From: an uncultured virus (IMG/VR IMGVR_UViG_3300008113_006701)
Lineage: Duplodnaviria; Heunggongvirae; Uroviricota; Caudoviricetes
IMG/VR virus record: IMGVR_UViG_3300008113_006701
DNA length: 64,000 bases
Direction: 5' to 3' (one strand)
Both the position numbers and the translations under genes were made by a program. Positions within the stretch are counted from its first letter, which is position 1, and every line of letters begins with the position of its first letter. Below, piece by piece: positions 30,742-39,894 of the stretch. Under the pieces are notes generated by a model. That model was given only the letters and a program-made list of their open reading frames with translations, had not been told where the DNA came from and made no database searches.

Positions 30742-32108
30742 TGAAGACATACAAGAAAAGAATTGCCTTTTGTTTAAGCGATCAACATACTATTCCTCAC
30801 GGGGGTTTAGGTCAATTTGCTAAAAGTTTTATTGAGACTTTTACGCCTCTCGGTTATAAGATAGATATTATTACTGATAAGCCAACAACCGGAGTACCCT
30901 TTAAAGAATACTTAGAAAGTCAAGGTGCAAACTTTGTTTGTAATCCTGACCCCAAATCTTATAGTGCACATACTAAAACATTTATGTTTGAGGATTCCTA
31001 TAACTTTGAAAAGATGTCGGCGTTTAGAGACTCTATGATGTATGCTCTAAATACTAATCTTTATGATATTATTATATGTAATACCTTAGAATCATTCCCC
31101 GGTATTTACGCTTTAAATTTGCATAAGTCTATTCAAGTTATTTACTATACTCATAATGAAAGTATGGTATTTCTAGATGATAGAACATGGAAGAATGAAT
31201 TTACAGAATCGTTTAATGAATTGTTCAATGCTTTAATGAAAGTTAAAGGCATTACTATTGGTACACAGACTAAAAGAAACCTTTTAGAATTGTATGGACA
31301 AAAATTGCATAATGCTAAATATCTCCCAATCCCAATGTCTGAAAAATCTTTATTAGAAGAACATCACAAAGAAAGAAGCGGTGTGCTTTGGATTGGCCGT
31401 TGGGAGCCTAGAAAAAATCCAGAAGAATTTATTCGTGTTATTAAGGAAACAAAATTGCCTGCAAAGGTAATTACCAATGTAAATGGCGCTAGAAAATTTG
31501 AAGCAGCCTTAAAAGAAATTGATGCCGAATATGAAATTAAGATTGGCGTATATGGCAAAGAAAAGGTAGACTTTATCACATCCGCACGGGTAGCATATAA
31601 CCCTGCAATTAGAGAAAGTTTTGGTCTAGCATTTTATGAATGTATGGGACAATTGCCTACAGTAGCAATAAAGGGAATGTCCTGGTTGGATAATTTTAGT
31701 AATCAAAATTATTGGTGCGAGGAAAAGAAAAACATTCCGGGATTGATACTAAAGTTATATGAGGATTTTCCTAATTCTAAAATTTGGTATAGCAAATCTC
31801 AACTAAATACTATTGTAAAAGAACATGATGAAGGTATACAAGATTGGATTAATTGCTTTGAGTCATTTACTCCTGTAGAATCTAATTCTACTAGAGCAAC
31901 AATTAATGAATATGAGCAGATTAAATATTCAGATTTTATTCAAAAGCTAAATAGAAAAGATTTGTCAATCGATGATGTCCGTTCTGTATTGACAAACAAG
32001 TGCAAATTTAATATAATATATACAGATACTAGTACATACTTATCTAAAGATAAAAATTTTATACCACAAGAAGATACTGTTAATAGTTTAGAAAGTTTAT
32101 TTTCATGA
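30741..32108 (+). CDS. GT-B (GT4-like) glycosyltransferase
   Basis: PHGGLGQF, WIGRWEPRKNP, RESFGLAFYEC. Confidence 0.8.
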   Translation: MKTYKKRIAFCLSDQHTIPHGGLGQFAKSFIETFTPLGYKIDIITDKPTTGVPFKEYLESQGANFVCNPDPKSYSAHTKTFMFEDSYNFEKMSAFRDSMMYALNTNLYDIIICNTLESFPGIYALNLHKSIQVIYYTHNESMVFLDDRTWKNEFTESFNELFNALMKVKGITIGTQTKRNLLELYGQKLHNAKYLPIPMSEKSLLEEHHKERSGVLWIGRWEPRKNPEEFIRVIKETKLPAKVITNVNGARKFEAALKEIDAEYEIKIGVYGKEKVDFITSARVAYNPAIRESFGLAFYECMGQLPTVAIKGMSWLDNFSNQNYWCEEKKNIPGLILKLYEDFPNSKIWYSKSQLNTIVKEHDEGIQDWINCFESFTPVESNSTRATINEYEQIKYSDFIQKLNRKDLSIDDVRSVLTNKCKFNIIYTDTSTYLSKDKNFIPQEDTVNSLESLFS

Positions 32109-33394
32109 GCAAAATATTAGAATATGTTATCTCGGGTCCAGCATATTTGCGATTAGGATCTGAGCAATGTGAAGAAACAGAAACTCTTCAGATGATTAAT
32201 GATATGATTTCTAAGACTGTTCATAATAAAAACAATCATGAATTTTCTTTATTGTATAATGGATTTACAGAAAAGAACTTTGGAAAGAAGCTACAAAAGT
32301 ACAGACCATCAATTAAAAATATTCATGCGGACTCTGGCGGGTTGCAGATTATTACTCGAGGTCTACAAAATACTCCAGAAACTCGTAATAAGGTTTATGA
32401 GAATCAAGCAACATACGCAGACATTGGAATGGCATTTGATGAGATTCCTGTAAAGTCTACATCTGCAAGTGGAGTATCAGCAAAGATTGATACTAAGCGC
32501 AGATATGTTGACATGGAAAATTTTGAAACATACGCAAGACAAACAGGTAAGAATGTACGAGATCAAATTCAAAAGTTTGATTCTATGAAAAGTAAGTGTC
32601 GCCCTTTTATTATTCTGCAAGGTTCCGGTGCGGATACCTATAAACTGTGGGCAGAATATTTACTAGATGAGGTTCCAAAAGAATTGCATAGTCGTATTGG
32701 TGGTGTTGCTATGGGATCAGCTGCTCTTGGTATGGGTCCACTTGAAGATGTTAAACGAGCATTTTATGTTAATGCTGTTCCCTTTGATAGACCATTTCAT
32801 TTGCACGTATTGGGAGTAGGTGCACTAAAGCGCATTTTGCCTTATTTGTTATTTAGCCAAACTGGTCTATATGACGGCATTGATATTTCATATGACTCTA
32901 CTACACATTCTATGTCTTTAGATAATGGATTGTTTTATTTCTCGCACAGTAAGAAAAGTACACCTGCAGACTACGGCGGATCATCGGTTAAGATGGGTAG
33001 ACCATTTTCAAATATCTATAGAACAGTAACAACTGAAATTAATAATGTCTGCGACACTGATTATACTCCAGAACAATTTCATAAGTTAATGAATATTAGT
33101 GTTGGAGAATATATAGAAAAGGGCGGCAATTTTAAAGACATTATGGAAGCACGCCTTAGTTTCATTTTAACTAATGTACATAATTTTACAAGAGATGTTT
33201 CTACATTAATGAATTCCAAAGAAGAATTTTTGCGATTCTGTAGAGAAAAAAATTGTGAAAACGAATATGCTACATTATTCGATGTAAAAAATACTGATGA
33301 CTTTTTATACTGGGAAAAACACGTTGGCAAGTTTATGGACTCTGAACCTGTTAACGCTGTAGCTCCTTCTTCACTTGAGGACTTATTCGCATGA
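32105..33394 (+). CDS. dpdA: TGT-like DNA guanine transglycosylase (DpdA family)
   Basis: ADSGGLQ, AFDEIP, ILQG, HVLGVG, SYDSTT motifs; embedded among que genes. Confidence 0.8.
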   Translation: MSKILEYVISGPAYLRLGSEQCEETETLQMINDMISKTVHNKNNHEFSLLYNGFTEKNFGKKLQKYRPSIKNIHADSGGLQIITRGLQNTPETRNKVYENQATYADIGMAFDEIPVKSTSASGVSAKIDTKRRYVDMENFETYARQTGKNVRDQIQKFDSMKSKCRPFIILQGSGADTYKLWAEYLLDEVPKELHSRIGGVAMGSAALGMGPLEDVKRAFYVNAVPFDRPFHLHVLGVGALKRILPYLLFSQTGLYDGIDISYDSTTHSMSLDNGLFYFSHSKKSTPADYGGSSVKMGRPFSNIYRTVTTEINNVCDTDYTPEQFHKLMNISVGEYIEKGGNFKDIMEARLSFILTNVHNFTRDVSTLMNSKEEFLRFCREKNCENEYATLFDVKNTDDFLYWEKHVGKFMDSEPVNAVAPSSLEDLFA

Positions 33395-33855
33395 CAACAA
33401 TAAACGCAGACGCAGGAACTTTTAAAATTGTAGACTCCCTTATGAACAAAATTGGATATCGCACTACCAAAAACAGAAGTTTTATTTGGGTAACTTTTCG
33501 GAAAGAAGGTATTCACAAATATCCTGCAGCAGCAACTGATCCTAAATTAGCTACTGGAGATTGGTTGGATGTTTCTTTCTTAGGAACACCTCATAGACAT
33601 ATTTTTCATTTTAGAGTAGAGATGGAAGTATTTCATGATGATAGAGATGTTGAATTTATCCAAGCTAAACGTATTATGGAGCGTTGGTATTCTGATGGCA
33701 CAATACAATTGGATTACAAATCATGTGAAATGATGGCAAAGGATTTATATGATAAACTTATTGCAACTTGGCCTGATAGAGATTATATTATTGAAGTATC
33801 AGAAGATGGCGAGAACGGATGCAGAATGTATTTTGAAGGAGTAAAAAATGTCTAA
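33391..33855 (+). CDS. dpdL: QueD-like T-fold paralogue, probable DpdL-type CDG decarboxylase
   Basis: FLGTPHRHIF (LxxxHRHxF) instead of QueD CxxxHGH; DRDVEFI, SCEMMA, VSEDGENG. Confidence 0.65.
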   Translation: MTTINADAGTFKIVDSLMNKIGYRTTKNRSFIWVTFRKEGIHKYPAAATDPKLATGDWLDVSFLGTPHRHIFHFRVEMEVFHDDRDVEFIQAKRIMERWYSDGTIQLDYKSCEMMAKDLYDKLIATWPDRDYIIEVSEDGENGCRMYFEGVKNV

Positions 33856-35017
33856 GTTATATTATATGGGGTTGGAGCCCTATGAAGGTAGATATACTTT
33901 GCAGTTACAGCAATGGAGCGAGGATGCTTTCAAACGTCGAGGTATTGATTATGAAATAATTCATGGTGAAACTCTAGATGATTCGAAAGCAATTGTTACT
34001 GGTCAAGTATTAGATGCACATGGGCGTAGTTATTATTCTTTGACGCAAATGGCAAAGCTTGTTAAGAAAATGAAAGCAGGTGAGATTACCTGGGAAGATA
34101 CTATTTTCTTTGAAGATATGTTTACTCCCGGTATGGAAGTATTGCCATATATTATGGATCAATTGCCTTGGGAATATCAACCTCGAGTATTTGTTCGTTG
34201 TTTAGCTCAAACAATTGACCCCGATGATTTCCTTCATGTATGGGATATGCAAGAATGGATGGCACACTATGAAAAGATGACCGATCACTTTGTTACAGGA
34301 GTTCTTGCTTCAAATGAAGAAATGGTTGCCCATATTAAAATTGCAGGCTGGAAGGCTCCAATTTATAATATTTCTGGATTGGCATTTGATAAAGATGAAG
34401 TCCAAAGTCGAGTGAAAGAAATTAAACCTTTTATTAATCGTAAGAAGCGAGTAGTTTTTGCTGCTAGATTTGATCAAGAAAAGCAACCAGATTTCTTTAT
34501 GGACTTGATTGAACGATATGGACAAAATCACAGAGATGTAGAATTTGCTGTTCTATCAGGCGGACCATTACGTAGTAACGACCAAAAGTATATAGATCGT
34601 GCAAGAGAATTAGAAAAGACTGCCAATTTTAAAATCTATGAAAATCTTAAAAAGAACGAATACTACTGTCTGTTAGCAGATTCTAGAGTATTGTTTAATT
34701 GTGCTTTGCAGGATTGGGTAAGTAATACTGCATCAGAGGCAGATGCGTTAGGTACAAATTGTTTGTATCCCGCGTATAGATCATTCCCCGAAACATTTGC
34801 AAATGATGCAGAATGTTTATATATTCCTTGGTCAATGGATGATGCTTGTGAAAAATTAGATAAACTATTAGTCGCCCCTAGAAAAAGAATGGGTCAATTA
34901 TCTAATTGGACAACTGGCACAATTGATAGATGTTTAGACATTATGTTTGAAGAAAATTATCATTGGCATCGTGGATCTAAGGATTATAGAAATTATGTCT
35001 CAGAAACAAAATACTAA
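33848..35017 (+). CDS. GT-B glycosyltransferase
   Basis: FAARFDQEKQP, QDWVSNTASEA, YRSFPE. Confidence 0.75.
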   Translation: MSKLYYMGLEPYEGRYTLQLQQWSEDAFKRRGIDYEIIHGETLDDSKAIVTGQVLDAHGRSYYSLTQMAKLVKKMKAGEITWEDTIFFEDMFTPGMEVLPYIMDQLPWEYQPRVFVRCLAQTIDPDDFLHVWDMQEWMAHYEKMTDHFVTGVLASNEEMVAHIKIAGWKAPIYNISGLAFDKDEVQSRVKEIKPFINRKKRVVFAARFDQEKQPDFFMDLIERYGQNHRDVEFAVLSGGPLRSNDQKYIDRARELEKTANFKIYENLKKNEYYCLLADSRVLFNCALQDWVSNTASEADALGTNCLYPAYRSFPETFANDAECLYIPWSMDDACEKLDKLLVAPRKRMGQLSNWTTGTIDRCLDIMFEENYHWHRGSKDYRNYVSETKY

Positions 35018-36026
35018 AACAGTAATTGTTACAGGAGCCGCCGGTTATATCGGTGGTTCTATTTGTATTGAATTAAAGAAACAGGGATATAAAGTAATAG
35101 GTATTGATCGACGCAAATTGCCAGATCATCTAGAACAATATGTAGACCAATTTGTTTGCGAATGTTTTACGCATCCTTTTTCTTTAGAACATATTGAAAA
35201 AGAACCTATAGGAATTATACATTGTGCTGGCACTAGTTTAGTTGGTCCTAGTGTAATAAACCCTTGGGAATATTATGATAACAATGTAAGTAAAACTTTA
35301 AAGTATTTAGATTACATTCGTAGATGGGCTCCTACAACTAAATTTATTTTTAGTAGTAGTGCTTCGGTATATGGGCAGCATTCATCAAATCATGCTATTT
35401 TTGAAAGCTCTACTACCGCACCTATTTCGCCATACGGCGAATCTAAATTAATGGTTGAACAAATATTACATTCGTTCAATAAAGCTTATAAATTAGATTA
35501 CGTTTCTTTTAGATACTTCAATGCTTGCGGAGCAGTTGAAGGCGGCATCCATGGTCAAGAACCAGATGCTACTCACATATTTGCGAAACTGTTTGAAGCA
35601 GCTATATCAAATGAACCATTTACTATGTATGGTGCAGACTATAATACTAAAGATGGAACTTGTGTTCGAGACTATGTCCATGTTACCGATATTGCGAAAG
35701 CGCACATCTTTGCTATTGAGAATAATACCAAAGGGATATATAATATAGGATCATTGAAAGGTTATTCAAATCTTCAGATTTATAAAGCAGTAGATGATTA
35801 TCTAATAAAGAAAAAAAGAATTGATAAAAGTATTGTTATGCTTGTTGAAAAGGCAAGAGAAGGTGATCCTGCAATACTAATTGCAAATTCTTCAAAGTTA
35901 AAACGAGCAACTTCTTGGAAAACAGAAAAAAATCTAAACAGTATAATTGAAGATTTACATGATTGGTACTATTCAGATACATTCAAGAAAATGCAACAGA
36001 GGTCTTCCGACGCTCATCCCTCTTAA
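34995..36026 (+). CDS. galE: UDP-glucose 4-epimerase (GalE-like)
   Basis: TGAAGYIG, FSSSASVYG, YGESK, RYFNACGA, DGTCVRDYVHV. Confidence 0.88.
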   Translation: MSQKQNTKTVIVTGAAGYIGGSICIELKKQGYKVIGIDRRKLPDHLEQYVDQFVCECFTHPFSLEHIEKEPIGIIHCAGTSLVGPSVINPWEYYDNNVSKTLKYLDYIRRWAPTTKFIFSSSASVYGQHSSNHAIFESSTTAPISPYGESKLMVEQILHSFNKAYKLDYVSFRYFNACGAVEGGIHGQEPDATHIFAKLFEAAISNEPFTMYGADYNTKDGTCVRDYVHVTDIAKAHIFAIENNTKGIYNIGSLKGYSNLQIYKAVDDYLIKKKRIDKSIVMLVEKAREGDPAILIANSSKLKRATSWKTEKNLNSIIEDLHDWYYSDTFKKMQQRSSDAHPS

Positions 36027-36041
36027 AATATTCTGCGTGTC
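35998..36041 (+). promoter_or_regulatory. Candidate preQ1-I-like riboswitch pseudoknot upstream of queD
   Basis: P1 AGAGG/CCTCT, loop GACGC pairing with downstream GCGT(G)TC, A-rich linker. Confidence 0.45.
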
Positions 36042-36067
36042 ATCAAACTTACTCGAGGAGGCAAGAG

Positions 36068-36547
36068 ATGGCAAAATATATCTCAACTAAAACTTATAAA
36101 CAAATTGGACCGGTAGCATATAGACAATGGAGAGCAGACAGTCATTGTAATTTAATTCATGGTTATGCTTTATCATTTCATTTTGAATTCGAATGTGATA
36201 CTTTAGATGCTCGCAATTGGTGTATGGACTTTGGTGGTCTTAAACCCTTAAAAGGACATCTAGAAGATTGGTTCGATCACACATTACTTGTAGCACAAGA
36301 TGATCCTATGCGAGAACATCTTTTGGAACTAGGTAAACTTAAACTTGCGAAAATAACAGAGGTGGAGAAAACAGGTTGTGAAGGTATTGCTAATTTTTTG
36401 TATGAGTATGTTAACACTATCTTCTTGCCTGCATATGGCAAATCCGAAGCAGATAGAATCTGGTGTTGCAAGGTTGAAGTACGAGAGACCGATGCGAATA
36501 TGGCAATGAGGGTCGGTCATCGTGAAGACAATGAATTCGTGGATTAA
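36068..36547 (+). CDS. queD: 6-carboxy-5,6,7,8-tetrahydropterin synthase QueD
   Basis: HCNLIHGY, MDFGGLK, FDHT, VEVRET; GGAGG RBS before ATG 36068. Confidence 0.9.
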   Translation: MAKYISTKTYKQIGPVAYRQWRADSHCNLIHGYALSFHFEFECDTLDARNWCMDFGGLKPLKGHLEDWFDHTLLVAQDDPMREHLLELGKLKLAKITEVEKTGCEGIANFLYEYVNTIFLPAYGKSEADRIWCCKVEVRETDANMAMRVGHREDNEFVD

Positions 36548-36561
36548 TGAATTTTTATATT

Positions 36562-36600
36562 CAGTGGACTGTGGTATTAACGCAGTCCCTGTTTTAATTT
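36562..36600 (+). terminator. Probable terminator after queD
   Basis: GGACTGTG/CGCAGTCC stem followed by T-rich tract. Confidence 0.6.
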
Positions 36601-36649
36601 GTTCTTTTATTATTGAGTTAGCATTTGTAATTTTTATGGTGGGTTCAAT

Positions 36650-37108
36650 ATGCAGTGGTTTTTAAAGGCTTTAGAAAAGCTAGGTAGAAAAAGAATTATC
36701 ATGGACAGGGTAAACAATGAACCCTATCTTGAACGATACTATCTTTTCCTCAAAGATAGAAAACGGTTTCCGTTTAACATATTCCTGCATAAGTTTTTAA
36801 AGGGCGATCCTGACGATGTTCATGATCATCCGTGGCCTTATGCTACCTTAATTTTGAAGGGCGGTTATTGGGAATGGATTCCGCAATTTAATGCGAAAGG
36901 AGAAAAAATTAATGAAATTGCTGCTTGGAGGAAACCTGGGCATTTTCGTACTTGTGCTGCTAATAGTTATCATCGCATTGAGTTAGATCCTAATGTAGAA
37001 ACATGGACATTGTTTATGCCAGGTAAACATAAAAGAGATTGGGGCTTCTTAGTTAAGAACAAATGGATTCAAAATGAAGAATATTTGAAATCTAAATATC
37101 AGGGGTAA
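36650..37108 (+). CDS. Cupin-like hypothetical protein
   Basis: HDHPW...GGYWE...HRIEL...WTLF...WGF. Confidence 0.65.
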   Translation: MQWFLKALEKLGRKRIIMDRVNNEPYLERYYLFLKDRKRFPFNIFLHKFLKGDPDDVHDHPWPYATLILKGGYWEWIPQFNAKGEKINEIAAWRKPGHFRTCAANSYHRIELDPNVETWTLFMPGKHKRDWGFLVKNKWIQNEEYLKSKYQG

Positions 37109-37109
37109 T

Positions 37110-38174
37110 ATGAAAATAGCATTAGTTACAGATACTCACTTTGGGGCAAGATCAGACTCCCAACAATTTGATGCATACTTTAAAAAGTTCTATGATGATA
37201 TTTTCTTTCCCGAATTAAAAAAGAGAAAAATTAATCAAATTATTCATTTAGGTGATTGTTTTGATCGCAGAAAATATATCAATTTTAATTCGTTAAAATC
37301 TTGTAGATCATATTTCTTTGAAGAAGCCTACAATCGCGATATTGATATAGATATGATTGTTGGTAATCATGATACATTTTTTAAAAATACAAATGATGTA
37401 AATTCGCCGAATCTGCTATTGGGGGAATATTCGAATCTAACTACCTATGATAAAGCAGATATTATTACCTATGACAATCTAAATATTTTATTGATGCCCT
37501 GGATATGTGCTGACAATTGGGAACATTCTTTACAGCTAATTAAATCTGGCGCATCCAAAGTATGTTTTGGTCATTTGGAACTTGCTGGGTTTGTGATGTT
37601 TAAAGGACAAGAAACTCATATTGATAATTCGGGAATGGACCCTAGTTTTTTTAAAGACTACGATCTTGTCTGCTCAGGACATTTTCACCACAAGCATAGT
37701 AAAGGACATATCAAATATATTGGCAATCCATATCAATTATTCTGGAATGACTATGAGGATGAAAGAGGGTTTCATATTTTTGATACAAAGACACTGGAAT
37801 TAGAATTCATTAAGAATCCCTATACTATATTTGAAAAGTATTACTATGATGATGAAAAAAATGATCCTAGTTCTGTAGACACTAGCATTTTTACTAATAA
37901 GTTGTTAAAATTAATAGTTGTTAATAAAAAAGATTACTATAAATTTGATAAGTTTGTAGAGGCATTGTATAAAGAGAATCCAATTGAATTAAAAATTATT
38001 GAAGATTTTTCTGAGTTTGAATCTGAGGCTATTGATGAAAATATAGACTTAGAAGATACTATGACTTTATTAACTAATTATGTAGATGGTGTAGAGACAG
38101 ATGCCGATAAAGACAAACTAAAAAGCATTCTCAAAACTCTATACGTTGAAGCACAGAACTACGAGGACGCATGA
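37110..38174 (+). CDS. gp47: Recombination endonuclease gp47 (Mre11-like)
   Basis: TDTHFG, LGDCFDRRK, GNHD, SGHFH. Confidence 0.96.
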   Translation: MKIALVTDTHFGARSDSQQFDAYFKKFYDDIFFPELKKRKINQIIHLGDCFDRRKYINFNSLKSCRSYFFEEAYNRDIDIDMIVGNHDTFFKNTNDVNSPNLLLGEYSNLTTYDKADIITYDNLNILLMPWICADNWEHSLQLIKSGASKVCFGHLELAGFVMFKGQETHIDNSGMDPSFFKDYDLVCSGHFHHKHSKGHIKYIGNPYQLFWNDYEDERGFHIFDTKTLELEFIKNPYTIFEKYYYDDEKNDPSSVDTSIFTNKLLKLIVVNKKDYYKFDKFVEALYKENPIELKIIEDFSEFESEAIDENIDLEDTMTLLTNYVDGVETDADKDKLKSILKTLYVEAQNYEDA

Positions 38175-39886
38175 TAAAATTTACAAACATCAAATGGAAA
38201 AACTTTTTATCTACCGGTGCTCAGTTTACTGAAGTAAAACTAAATAAAATATCTACTACTTTAATCGTAGGAGAAAACGGTGCGGGCAAAAGTACTATTC
38301 TAGATGCCATATGTTTTGTACTATTCAATAAGCCATTCAGAAGTATCAATAAGCCTCAGTTGATGAATAGTATCAACGGCAAAAATTTAGAAGTACACTT
38401 AGAATTTAGTATCGGTAAAAAAGATTACAGAATTGTACGAGGAATAAAACCTACTATTTTTGAAATCTATGTAGATGGCGTATTACTTAATCAAGATGCT
38501 GCCGCAAGAGATTATCAAAAATATCTTGAAGACGGTATTCTAAAACTAAATTATAAATCATTCACTCAAATTGTTATTTTAGGTAGTGCATCTTTTACTC
38601 CTTTTATGCAATTGCCTGTATCTCATAGACGAGAAATTATTGAGGATATTTTAGATATCCAAATTTTCACGGTTATGAATTCTGTACTAAAAGATAAACA
38701 GGCAGAAATAAAAACCAAAATAACAGAATTAGATACTGCAATTGACCTTGGTAAAAACAAAGTTAAACTGCAACAACAGTATATTGTTAATCTTGAGAAT
38801 GATAAGCAGAAGAAAGTTGAAGATGTACAAAAACGAATACTTGAAACGACTGATGAGATATCACAGCTTAATGCCAGAATCTTTTCAGAAAAGGAAACAG
38901 AAGCTAATCTCAAATCCTCGATTTCGGACTCAGTTGAGAAACGTAACAAGCGTACGGAAATGGGAAATCTTATTAGAAAACTTTCCGAACGAATTACGTC
39001 GCATGAAAATAGCAAACAATTTTACGTCGAACATGACGTATGCCCGACATGTAGCCAAGGTCTTCATGATGATCACAAACACTCCGCTATCTCACTTCAT
39101 ACACACAAACTCGAAGAAATACGGACAGCAGTTCAAACCCTTACCGTTCAACACAAAGATATCGAAACTAGACTTGATGAGATTGCTGTTATCGAAGAGA
39201 AAATATCTGAACATAAGAGCACTATCATCGAACTCAGTGCATCAATTATTGCAAGCCAAAACTACATCAATAAGTTACAAGGAGACCTTTCAGGCAGCAC
39301 TGTTACGGAAACCAATTTGCTCTCAGAAAAGGCAATACTTAAAGATCTGGCAAAAGACGTGGTACAACACGCCGAGGCAAAAAGCCAAGTTACTGAGGAA
39401 AAACACTACCTCGATATCGCGTCTGTACTATTAAAAGATACAGGCATTAAAACTAAAATTATTCGACAGTATCTTCCTGTCATTAATAAATTAGTTAACA
39501 AGTATTTACAGGCAATGGATTTCTTTTGTCACTTTGAACTCGACGAAACATTCAATGAAAAAATAAAGTCAAGACATCGTGACGAATTTTCATACGCATC
39601 TTTTAGTGAGGGAGAAAAGCAACGAATAGATTTGGCTTTGCTTTTCACTTGGAGAACTATTGCTAAAATGAAAAATTGTGCTAGCACAAACATCTTGTTA
39701 CTTGATGAAGTATTTGATTCTTCTTTGGATGTTAACGGAACAGACTATGTAATGAATCTAATAAATACTCTAGGAGAAGAGACTAATGTATTCGTCATTA
39801 GTCATAAAGGAGACCTTCTATTTGATAAATTTAGAAGTGTTATTAAATTTGAAAAGAATCAGAATTTTTCGAGAATTGCAACTTAA
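38171..39886 (+). CDS. gp46: Recombination ATPase gp46 (Rad50-like)
   Basis: GENGAGKST, CPTC hook, FSEGEK, LLDEVFD. Confidence 0.97.
   Translation: MIKFTNIKWKNFLSTGAQFTEVKLNKISTTLIVGENGAGKSTILDAICFVLFNKPFRSINKPQLMNSINGKNLEVHLEFSIGKKDYRIVRGIKPTIFEIYVDGVLLNQDAAARDYQKYLEDGILKLNYKSFTQIVILGSASFTPFMQLPVSHRREIIEDILDIQIFTVMNSVLKDKQAEIKTKITELDTAIDLGKNKVKLQQQYIVNLENDKQKKVEDVQKRILETTDEISQLNARIFSEKETEANLKSSISDSVEKRNKRTEMGNLIRKLSERITSHENSKQFYVEHDVCPTCSQGLHDDHKHSAISLHTHKLEEIRTAVQTLTVQHKDIETRLDEIAVIEEKISEHKSTIIELSASIIASQNYINKLQGDLSGSTVTETNLLSEKAILKDLAKDVVQHAEAKSQVTEEKHYLDIASVLLKDTGIKTKIIRQYLPVINKLVNKYLQAMDFFCHFELDETFNEKIKSRHRDEFSYASFSEGEKQRIDLALLFTWRTIAKMKNCASTNILLLDEVFDSSLDVNGTDYVMNLINTLGEETNVFVISHKGDLLFDKFRSVIKFEKNQNFSRIAT
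38742..39434 (+). CDS. Candidate overprinted gene in the +1 frame of the gp46 coiled coil
   Basis: 230 stop-free codons; gp46 Leu codons here are mostly CTT/CTC rather than TTA; start codon uncertain. Confidence 0.4.
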   Translation: MTLVKTKLNCNNSILLILRMISRRKLKMYKNEYLKRLMRYHSLMPESFQKRKQKLISNPRFRTQLRNVTSVRKWEILLENFPNELRRMKIANNFTSNMTYARHVAKVFMMITNTPLSHFIHTNSKKYGQQFKPLPFNTKISKLDLMRLLLSKRKYLNIRALSSNSVHQLLQAKTTSISYKETFQAALLRKPICSQKRQYLKIWQKTWYNTPRQKAKLLRKNTTSISRLYY

Positions 39887-39894
39887 GGATTATT

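Noticed and set aside
32105..33394. Canonical tRNA-guanine transglycosylase
   Set aside because: Divergent, lacks the C-terminal CxCxxC zinc motif of bacterial Tgt; phage context favours DpdA
35963..36067. N-terminal extension of QueD in the ORF track
   Set aside because: Strong GGAGG precedes ATG 36068; the extension overlaps galE and the structured leader
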